DNA from: Craspedostauros australis | Lineage: Eukaryota | Assembly: GCA_030167865.1 (NCBI GenBank) | Contig: JALAGF010002801.1 | Span: 1 to 49,896 of the forward strand | DNA length: 49,896 bases | Direction: 5' to 3' | In this document: piece after piece, positions 35,858 to 45,600 of the stretch | How the letters are laid out: each line of letters starts with the position of its first letter | Numbering within the stretch: the stretch's first letter is position 1 | Translations under genes and position numbers: made by a program | The notes under the pieces: model-generated | Told to the model about the DNA's origin: nothing | Database searches by the model: none | What the model saw: the letters and a program-made list of their open reading frames with translations, nothing else

Positions 35858-37706
35858 GTTGCCGTTCCGCCGTCCACTCGCTCCTCACTTGGCTCCCTAT
35901 TCGGCCTGTGCAATAGAATGGCTATCGAGCGACTAAGCGATCAAAGAATCAGCCAGAAGTCCCGATGCTGGGTGACGTTGTAACCTGTGATCTCGGTCGG
36001 TATGGGTGATGCTGACCCCTGCTATCGATGTTGAGGTCGATGTTGATGACGATCGAGACGCTTGTCGATGTTGCTCTGCGAAGGCGAGCCCAGGAAGTCT
36101 GATCTGATCTGATTTGACACGAGAGAGCGTGTGACAGTACGGCTGCTGGCGCCAATACGATCGGATCCGATCCGTTGCTGTTGAGCCGCGGACAGCAATA
36201 GCAATGCCTTGTGCAGAGTCCGAAGAGGGAGCGACGCAACCAGAAGTGTGTAATGCGATTCGTTTCGATCTTCGTCAGAGAGTGCGCAGTGAGATCCAGC
36301 AACCGGTCGCAGGGGTTGTGCAGTGTAATTGGGGAGCAGAAGCTGGGAGAGACCCTCTTTCGGAATGCGCTTCTGGTGCTGTCTCGATGATGCTGTCGCG
36401 AATGGGCGCTTTTTGCTGGCTGTCCAATCAATTGCGAGCGCAACGGTAAGAATGCGAAGGTTACTGATGTTCGAGTTCCACTTCCGCTTCGTGTTCGGGC
36501 TTCAACAACAGTTGCGGCAATTATTTATAATTCATAACTACTCCAAAATGATGTGTGTTCACGGATATATTTGTATGCAATGCGTTTAATGAAAAACAAT
36601 GTACGACTCCACTAGAGCTAATTAGCATTAAATGGAAAATCACACGCAACCATACATTCGGCGTCAAAAAGTTCGTGACTTTGGAGTTGGCACGATACAC
36701 GGCCCGAAATTCCCGAACCGGAAACCGGAACCGTCAGAGCGCGTCGTTTGTGGTTGGCGCAGACGTCACCACCAACACCAACACAGTTGGATTGCGTGTT
36801 GAGGTTTTGGTCTTGTTTGGTGAGGTGGCTTCGTACGACTTGCAGACGGTTCTGAAGAAAGAGTTCTGGTGGCAACAAAGAGCACAAGAGCCTTTATGAG
36901 ATAAATAAATCCACCCAAAGTGACGTCACCAACACGATGATGACGCACGACTTGATGTTTCCAAGTGAAGGACACTTTTGGTCCCGAAATCTGTAACGCG
37001 CCAAACAGCCAAAGACATCAACAAGCCACACTGGCCGAACCTCCTCGCCGCAACCAACAACTCGTGTTGCAGATAACGTGCACAAACCAGAAAGCCGCGA
37101 CAGCGATGACGACATGAAAGCAACCACGAAATTCGGGGAGGACCTGGAAAGGGTTCTGCGATGTATTACTCGCAAAAGCACGGCGCCTCCAGACTCCCCA
37201 CTTCAACGGATTGGAACAATCAAACGATCTTGGTTCTTCCACAAGCGCGCCAAGAGTGGCAGAATTGAGGTGTGTACATGCTGTACGAATACGTCCTCCT
37301 TCGCCTAGTTGCACAACATCATCACATCAACTCGCGTTTTCGCTCATTTCTTCGTGGGCCTGGTCGCAGAGATGCCACAAAAGAACGTCTCATGTTATTG
37401 ACGTAAGTGCAATTTGAGAAGAGAAGAGAAACGATGGGCGCTTAGTATGGTGTGGTGGAGAGACGATCGGATCGGTGCGAGTAGTTCGCACAACAGACAC
37501 GAGGCTTTCTCGTCAGCTCCACACATCTCACACCTCCAGCTGACAAGGAGGCCTTCGGCGTTATTTGTGATCCCGTGTCCACGATACAAGGCGCGAGCGT
37601 GTGGAAGCTGACAGCACGTTCTTCTCCTTCTTCTCCGTCTCTTCTCCGTGCCTGTTGGCAACAGCAACATCAACAGCGGCAAGCAGAAGCAGAAGCAGAA
37701 GCAGCA

Positions 37707-37737
37707 CAACACACACACACACACTCTCTCTCTCTCT
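37707..37737. repeat. Compound (CA)n(CT)n microsatellite just upstream of the first SRPBCC gene
   Basis: caacacacacacacacactctctctctctct. Confidence 0.85.
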
Positions 37738-37760
37738 AGAGTTCCCATTCGAAGATCATC

Positions 37761-38357
37761 ATGTTGGGTGAGGAGACCGAACAGCAGACAAAGAAGAGCC
37801 TTGGCATCGCCAAGTCCATTCACATTGATGCTCCAGCAAGAGTGGTCTGGGATCAAATGCTGAACGTGTCAACCTACGCACAGATGTACAAGACCTGCAC
37901 TGGTGTCACGCTCCTTTCACAAGGTGCCGGCCACACGAAAGAAGTGCTGCAACGCGTCAAGCCTGGCGTGCGGTACCTGGAAGATCGCCTCATCAATGGC
38001 CGCACGTTCGCCTTTGTGACTGATGTCACCCACGTGAAAGAAGACCACGACGCAGGCAGCTACGAATTCAGCCTGGTGACCGGCCTTTGGAAATCGCTTG
38101 GTTCATCCACCAACGTGCTCCAAGCCATCGACGAACACTCCTGCACCCTGACCATCGTGTATGCATTAGTCCCCGACAGTATGTACGGGCGTATCTATTT
38201 GCGCCTATTCCGAAAGCGAATCACACGAGATGGCTTTATTTCCATCACCTCGGATCTTGAGGACATCAGGGATGCGGTTACACGTTCCCTCCCGCGCGGA
38301 GGGCAGCACCAAGTTGACATCGCACATCGCGAACGTAACGAAGTTCCCTGTGGATAG
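37761..38357 (+). CDS. SRPBCC/START-fold (polyketide cyclase/dehydrase-like) protein, copy 1 (198 aa)
   Basis: N-terminal signature IAKSIHIDAPARVVWDQMLNVSTY, alternating beta-strands, LQAIDEHSCTLTI, and a C-terminal helix ITSDLEDIRDAV. Confidence 0.85.
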   Translation: MLGEETEQQTKKSLGIAKSIHIDAPARVVWDQMLNVSTYAQMYKTCTGVTLLSQGAGHTKEVLQRVKPGVRYLEDRLINGRTFAFVTDVTHVKEDHDAGSYEFSLVTGLWKSLGSSTNVLQAIDEHSCTLTIVYALVPDSMYGRIYLRLFRKRITRDGFISITSDLEDIRDAVTRSLPRGGQHQVDIAHRERNEVPCG

Positions 38358-39163
38358 CAACCAGAGGCAAATACTGGTCCCAGGCTCACATACTGATACT
38401 TGCATCACAGCTATGGTTGCAACAAACACGTCTCACACACACATTGTGAGTGCTTTCATATGGACACGGTGCCGGTGTGAACAGTACCTGCCATGCATCC
38501 TTGCATTCACAATGATTACTGGAGGATGAGAAGCATCGCAATGCTTCATTCCATTGCAGTAATGCGCATGACACCGATGAATTGTAGATAGAGAGAAAGG
38601 AGAAGCGCCTATACCATACATTTATTTTGGACAATACCATTACGACTATGTACTTGTATCACGTCCTGTTATGAGTGTCTTGGCTACGAAGCATGATGCC
38701 GCCAGTGGACTTATTCATCGCTCTGCAGACCCCTGCGATGCGATGGCAGAGAAACGGTGAGGCCTTGGCGATGAACCGACCAGGGACTCAACTCGGGAAC
38801 AAAACCTCCTCGCGGAGACACTTGGAGTGGAGTTGAACACAGAAGAACAACAAGGAGAGAGAAATCCAAACACACACCACCGCTCTCTTTGAATGATTTG
38901 CGCGCTGTTTTGCGCGCCACCTTTCGCATCGTCCGCCTCCACAGCGAGACAACAGTAACCCAACCCAACCAAACCAAACACGCATCCACATCACATTTGC
39001 CTCCCTGAATCGTCTGTTCCTCTTGTTCTTCAGATACCCTTCTTCATTCAGTTGGCACGTCATATTCCGTCGTACACGCCAACACCTACGATCACAAGCA
39101 AGAACGCACAGTAGCCCACATACTCGTCATTCCGCACTCCTCACACCTCAACCCACGAACGCC

Positions 39164-39745
39164 ATGCCAAGCAAAGATGCGAGCCGAGAACTTTCTGTCA
39201 CCATGGCGAAAAGCGTCATCGTCGACGCGCCGATCGATGTTGTGTGGGAGATCTTGCGTGACATTCCGTCATACCCAACCATCTTCACCACCTGCTTGAA
39301 CATTCAGCCGGCGACCTCGAAGATCGACGGAGATCTTGCTTCGACTAAAGGCATCTACGGGAAGGGATCGCGGTATATCTACACGCGCATGGTGTCGGGA
39401 CGCAAGGCCGATTTCGAGTACACCATCACGAAGGCAGACATAGATCCGGTGACTGGCGAACGGCAGCTAGCGACGGCCAAGCAGACGGGGTTTGCGACCG
39501 GAACGAAGACCTTCACTCTGCAAGAGATAGATGACAGCTCCTGTCTACTAATGATCTCCTTCGCAATCATCCCACGGACCATGTGGGGGCATATCCGCCT
39601 CCGCCTCACCATACGACAATTGAGGCTCATCACCGGAGATACTCTGACCGCGGATCTGCAGGATGTCGTTACGGAGGCTGCGAAGCGGACGTCAAAGATG
39701 CCCACCGAACGGCCCGACACTCATCGCATCATGGCCAGCGTATGA
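39164..39745 (+). CDS. SRPBCC/START-fold protein, copy 2 (193 aa)
   Basis: ATG 39164 (MPSKD). MAKSVIVDAPIDVVWEILRDIPSYP, LQEIDDSSCLLMI, LTADLQDVVTEA. Colinear paralogue of 37761-38357. Confidence 0.85.
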   Translation: MPSKDASRELSVTMAKSVIVDAPIDVVWEILRDIPSYPTIFTTCLNIQPATSKIDGDLASTKGIYGKGSRYIYTRMVSGRKADFEYTITKADIDPVTGERQLATAKQTGFATGTKTFTLQEIDDSSCLLMISFAIIPRTMWGHIRLRLTIRQLRLITGDTLTADLQDVVTEAAKRTSKMPTERPDTHRIMASV

Positions 39746-40054
39746 GTCAGATGGGCAACCGCGGAGATGAACGACCGGCCGAGGCTGGTGCCGAGCAGAA
39801 TTCTATCCTTCACGCGCACACGCACGTCCACGTCGTTGTAACATCTACAAAACGCCACAAGTTTTGATGGCCTCAACTTGTTGTTCGTGTCTCTCGAACC
39901 GCGCATGGTGCAACGATGTGATACGCGTGCGTACTCCGATGAACCTCCACATTCCCGGCTTACACCGTCCTGGGTGACCTGATCGTAATTGCTTGTGGCA
40001 GATTGCCATACCTACGTGATGTTCTCATGTCAGCGCAAGCAAGGCGAGTGGCGT

Positions 40055-40705
40055 ATGCTCACTGTCACTGTCACTGCTGCTTTGCTACATGCCATTGCCT
40101 CCGCGTGTGCGTCTGGCCTCCAAGGTGGCCCTCTTCTGCAGGAAGCAGAGACGGGGCAGCTTCGCCAAGCTCATTCACATAGAGCACTCTCTACTCAATT
40201 CAAGCCAGACAAAGAGTATCGCTGTCTGCCACCACAGAACACACTCGAACAGAGGAGAAGAGAATCGCAGATCCAAGAAGGTGAGACCGCAAGAAGAGCG
40301 CCCCAACCAGAGCAGGCATACGAGTACTCGTAGAAGAGGATTGAAAGCAACAACCCTCCCGTACGCAAGAGCCACCCACCTCAGCATCCGCAGAGCCAGT
40401 TTCATCCGCAACACTTGGCAGACCCCGATTCCTGGAAGTTCTTCCACGAGAGTGAGGGGAAGCTACGGGGAAATTACCAACAGAGAAGAGTGCTTCGGAT
40501 GTGCGTGATTGATTTTCGTGACACCAAACCAACAAAAGATCCGAAGCAACAGTCTGCAGGAAACGACGACACAACATCTGCGATGATCCCATCATCGGTG
40601 GACACCACAACAAAGCACCGCGAATACAGACAACAGGACCCTCTCCAATTCTATTCTGTTCCATACCATACCATACCATTCTATTATTATACTACGCTCA
40701 AATAG
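40055..40705 (+). pseudogene. Possible degraded secreted-protein gene, or a short secreted-peptide gene ending at 40333
   Basis: Signal-like start MLTVTVTAALLHAIASACAS followed by GLQG..HRAL. The frame stays open to 40705 except for one TAG at 40331-40333. Confidence 0.25.
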
Positions 40706-40715
40706 ATCTATACTA

Positions 40716-41489
40716 ATGACATCGCGTTCCAGGCATGCGGTGCAACGAGCACTCACGATGGTGATGGGAAGACGAGCTCTCTCAATTCCAAATGCAAGCA
40801 TGAACATGGGTATGGTGAGTGGATCGTGGGAATCCAGGGTATCGATCCATTCGAGCGAAGGCAATGGACCCGGCAGGACAAGCCATCATATCCATGCGAA
40901 AAGATGGACGTCGGACTCGACGCAAGCATCATCGCAATCGCTCTCGTGGCAAGATGCCACTGCGGATCAGGACCGCCCTGCGTGGTCGAAGGAATGGAAG
41001 GAACAGGGCCTGGGCGCGACGCTGATGGATGCACCGAAGTTCCCCCAAAAGCTCTTCTTCGTCCAGCTGGGTTTCGGCGTGGATCAGCACGGCGACAGGT
41101 CCGATGCCACGAAGGCGGCCACGCGCGCCGTGCGCAACGCGATTGAATTCAACAGCATCCCTGGCGTCATCGAGCACATCCCCGGCGGGCGCAAGGAGAT
41201 GCTGATCCATGTCAAGCTGGGGTTGCCGCAGGGTTCCAACGTGGATGCGTTGCAGGTCGCGAAGGTGTTTCCCTACGGGCGGTTGCTGCCGATCGAAACC
41301 ACAGTTGGAGGATTGGATTTCGCAACAGGCAGGGTCGTGGAGGAGCTTGGCGATGCAGACGATGTTGGGATCTGCGTCGTTGCTTGCATATCCATTGGTT
41401 ACAATGATGCCGAGCACGAGACATCGCAGCCGCCCTCACAATCGAGCCCCGATCAGCACAAGACATACAGCACGAAGGATGGATACTAG
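40716..41489 (+). CDS. Lin0512-family protein (TIGR02058-type) with probable organellar presequence (257 aa)
   Basis: Family signature FVQLGFGVDQHG..DATKAATRAVRNAI..NSIP..MLIHVKLGLP..VD...VAKVFPYG...GGL...VVACISIGY at about 41049-41402. The N-terminus is Arg/Ser/Ala-rich and acid-poor. Confidence 0.88.
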   Translation: MTSRSRHAVQRALTMVMGRRALSIPNASMNMGMVSGSWESRVSIHSSEGNGPGRTSHHIHAKRWTSDSTQASSQSLSWQDATADQDRPAWSKEWKEQGLGATLMDAPKFPQKLFFVQLGFGVDQHGDRSDATKAATRAVRNAIEFNSIPGVIEHIPGGRKEMLIHVKLGLPQGSNVDALQVAKVFPYGRLLPIETTVGGLDFATGRVVEELGDADDVGICVVACISIGYNDAEHETSQPPSQSSPDQHKTYSTKDGY

Positions 41490-41622
41490 AGCATGCGCAT
41501 GAGCAAGGCGAGGCAAGCAAGAACAGTATTGAGAGAATGATAGTGCAAGTCGTTGGATTTCGTGATTGTGCGCCCCACAATTGTTGTTTTTTTCGATTTC
41601 GCATCACCTGCAGATGTCCTCA

Positions 41623-42036
41623 TCACGACTTCGTTGTCGCCGTGGCATGCTTGACATCATCCATCTCGGTGGCGAGCCTGCTGATTTGCGCATCCTTGCG
41701 TTGGATCTCAGCCTTCGCCGTTCGGAACAGAGTGCCGATGTTGCGTCTGAGATGCTTGTTTTCTGCCTCCAGATGCTCCACCTGCGCCTCGAGCTCTTCC
41801 ACGCGTTCCACGAACGACTTCGGATAGTTGGTGCTGGTGTTCGAATGCTGCCGCGGTCTCTTGGCAGGTCTCTGCGTTGATTGGTCTTGGGGTGTCGCGG
41901 CAGCAGTGCGAGCATCCGAATCGGAGGATCCATCTTGCTTCGTCGTGCGACCAGCGACGTTGGAGAGATCGAGATCACCGTACAGATCTTCGTCGCCCGT
42001 TGCCTTTGCGTTTGCCTTTGCGTTTGGATTGCTCAT
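41623..42036 (-). CDS. Small coiled-coil protein resembling the N-terminal domain of FLASH/CASP8AP2 (137 aa)
   Basis: EDLYGDL motif followed by the heptad coiled coil VEELEAQVEHLEAENKHLRRNIGTLFRTAKAEIQRKDAQISRL. Confidence 0.8.
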   Translation of the reverse strand: MSNPNAKANAKATGDEDLYGDLDLSNVAGRTTKQDGSSDSDARTAAATPQDQSTQRPAKRPRQHSNTSTNYPKSFVERVEELEAQVEHLEAENKHLRRNIGTLFRTAKAEIQRKDAQISRLATEMDDVKHATATTKS

Positions 42037-42628
42037 GACGAAGACTGTGCGAGAGGCAGAAAAGGAACCGATCTATTGTGCTCTACCATTGGAGGTACCA
42101 TACGATGCGGATCCTACGGATGGTGTGATGGGTTGCTGTGGGTTGCCGTGGAGTGCTGTGGCATGCGCATGGAAGTGATGGTGCCGTACCAACACGGAGA
42201 GCCCCTGCATCCGTGTTGTATCATAGCCAGTTGGCTGATCGATTTGGAGGGCAACGAGAAAGGCAGAGCAGGCTCTTCGTTCGTGGCGGTGATTGTGATT
42301 GGGGGTGTGATCATGTTCGTGTTGGTTGGTGTGGATGATTGGCTGGGTCCACAAAAAGATGCAGAAATGTTAATCGAACTAGTCGCACAGTACTGTTCGC
42401 AACGCGGTTGGCCATGAAAATCACCTCCTTTTCGACGTTTTGAATTTCATCACAACGAACAGCAACCGCGACTCCGCAAAATCAGCTGCAGTTCGCGTGG
42501 GTGCGTTGATGGGTCGTCCAGTCTTGTCCGCAGCGGCCTCCAACTTGTGCTGTCGATCGTCTGTTGTCGTGACACACTCCAAAGCGACCGACAGAGACCA
42601 CGACGCCAAACGCATCCACAATTCAAGA

Positions 42629-45600
42629 ATGGGAAACGTAGCTATGAACCAGGAAGACTCAGGAGCAGATGGCGATGACGACGGTCGAACTACTTGGACG
42701 GAAATGGACGAACGACAACCAACAGCAGGGCCACAGAACGGGGAGCTGCCTGTTGGCGCCAATGTTCGTCCAAGCAATTCACCGAACACCAACGCGGCAA
42801 CGGATGAGACGGCCAATGGAAGCGAGGATCTCGGCGATGTCGACCAATCGACATCGCCCTCCCCCTCGTCACCACAGGCTCCATCGTCGAAGTCGGCAGC
42901 AGCATCGCCTGCAGCATCAGCACCGATAATACCACCCCCGCCTTCAAACTCAACCTCACAACAGAAGTCACAGACGCAGGCACAATCACAGACGCAGAAT
43001 ACACCTGATCGACAGTCGCCTGTTGCGACGTCTCCAAAGGCCCTGCCATGTGGTGTGGAGAAGCAGAAAGGCGGTGGCAATGACAAAGACAAAGACAAAG
43101 AGAAAGGCGCATCATCGTCATCCGCGCCCTCATCCAACTCTGAGCCGGGAGCACACAGCGGTGCCGCTGATGTACCCCGACCCGCCGCATCATCCAAGCA
43201 GCAGCCGGCAGTGGCGTCAGAGATTGCGGCCGCGGAATCGTCGGCAATTCAAGATCCAACGTCACCGCTACCGCAAACGCCAACGCTACCGCAATCCCAG
43301 ACATCTTCAAATATTTCATCAGAGTCTGTGACAGCCGCGCAGAGTCATGGTGTGGACGACAAGCAAGATCAATGCGAAGATGTAGGGAAAGAAACAATAC
43401 CAGCAAGGCAGGCAGCCAGTCCTCCTCGTCCTGCGAAGGCATCGGATACGGGCAAACGAGACACCGTTCGGGTTTTTGAAAAGACATCAGCACAGGAATC
43501 AAAGCTCGAGACACGGCAGAAGCCACGCGAGATGGGGAGGAATTCTGCTCTGTGGGCAGTGCCTCGTCAAATCAAGCGATCCGCGCAAGACGCTGAGGCA
43601 AGTTCAAGCCAAGTTTCGGGTGCAAAAGCGGCAAGATTGACAACGCAAGTGTTAGCAACAGCGCAAGTGGCAGCAACAGCGCAAGTATCCACCAAGACGA
43701 CTCCAGGCGCTTCACATGGTGAAGCCAAGCAGAAGATTGAAGACCCCGCCAAACCAGACCTGCAACCGGAATCGGAGTCAACAACACAACCGCTGCATCC
43801 CCCGCCTCTCTCTCATACTGGCGCCGCAAACACTGTTGATGCCAAACACGACCCGGGCGATGCGAACAAAGCTGAAGAAGTTGTCGGGCCCAACTCACGA
43901 GTAACACAATCTGAACAATCGCAATTGAGTCCGGTATCGGCACCTCCAAGTGAAACGCTACCTGCAGCAACAATCGGGTTGGCAGTGTCAGACATCTCAC
44001 CAACGTCCAAGGTGTCAACGACAACAACGACGACAGCCAATGAGTCCACCTCGACGCTCACGCCCAAACCAGACATCGAGGCAACAGAACAGCCTGGAAA
44101 GGATGGTGAAGATCATGTTCAGCCGCCGCCGAAACAACAGCCGTACGCATTGGCAGTGCTGGACAATCCACAACCGGCAACGCCAACGAAAGGGTCCCAA
44201 TTCTCCTTTTGCTCAACGCATGATCAATCGAGTTCTAACCTACAAACACAGACCCCGCCAAAGTCATTGGTATCTATCGAACAGCCGCAACTTGACAGTT
44301 GTGATGAGCAGTCACAGCAACAGTCGCCGCCACTCCAGCGAAGGTCAGCGAATGGACCGCGACCGTTGCCAAAGATTCAGATTCAGATCCAGATGCAACA
44401 ACCACCAAGGCAACTGCCGCTGTTACAGCATCAGGCGTCAAAAGATGAAGTGTCAGCCCGGGCGCAGAAACGGCCTCGACCGCTGCTGAAACGGAAGGCA
44501 ACAGCCAAGCAACCGCAGCAAAGGTCAGCAGCACATGACAAGGAGGTTCTGGTGCAGAAAAAGGTAAATCCACATGCCGATGCTAGCACCCACAAACAGT
44601 GGCAAGCAAGGTGGCAACCAAAAGAAAAGTTGAAGGATGATGAACAGCAGGAACTGCCAAAGGATGCAGCTCAGCCTCAGGCGGAAAGTCAATGGCAATC
44701 GCGGTGGCAACCACAGCAACAGCCAAAACAACAACGAAAGCCCCCACAGCAGCACAAAGATACAAAGTCCACGGATGAGAATCCACCTCAGCCACAGAGG
44801 CAACCGCAGCAGCAGCAACAGGCAACAGATGCACCGCCGCAGGCCTCATCGCAGAAACCGATCCCGTCAACAAACGATGCGCAACCTGAAGTGCAGCAAC
44901 ACCCACAGCCACAGCCGCAGCCGCAGAGACAGCGGAAACGACGATGGCATCCAAGGGTAGAAACGCTACGGGATGAATCACCACAGGATGAATCACCTCA
45001 CCAGGCACGAGACGAGCCTCAATCGCAGTTGCAGCTGGAACAATCGCAGGAAGATCCAAGGAAAGAGCTGCGATCGCGAACACAAGAGCAACCAGACCCA
45101 ATGCAGGATGAAGCCAAGCCTCAAGAGCAGCAGGAAGAGGAGACAATATGGCAGCACGAATCGAAGGATGGAACACGGTCGCAGGCAGAAGGACAGCCGC
45201 AGCAGCATCCAATGCATAAACCGCAGCCCCATTTACCACAGAAGCAGCAGCCAAAGCAACACTCCACGGAGATCTCGCATCCTGAGGCACACGCACGAGT
45301 GCCGGAGGATGGGCCACGTGACCAAGCGAGGCAACCGCAACAAGTACGGGACGGAGATCAATCTCAGGCAGGCAAAGAGGCGCAAGCACAACCTCAGCAG
45401 CAACAGCAACAGCAACAACAAGAAGCGTCGAAGAAGGCAAAGGACGAACCGCAGAAGCAACCAGCCCAGCAGCAACTGAAGCAAATGCCAAATCCCGGAC
45501 CACAAACGCAGAGGCAAACGCCGATGCCAATAACAACGCCAACACAAACGGTAACAGATAAGGGGCAAAGGGCGGAGCCTCCAACTGCGAAGCCAAAGCT

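Noticed and set aside
35860-37760. Possible heat-shock elements (e.g. aTTCccGAAc near 36709) and short ORFs 36555..36899 and 37078..37308 in the divergent intergenic region
   Set aside because: Only two-pentamer nGAAn matches were found by eye, which is expected by chance. The ORFs lack motifs. A PWM scan and TE search would be needed.
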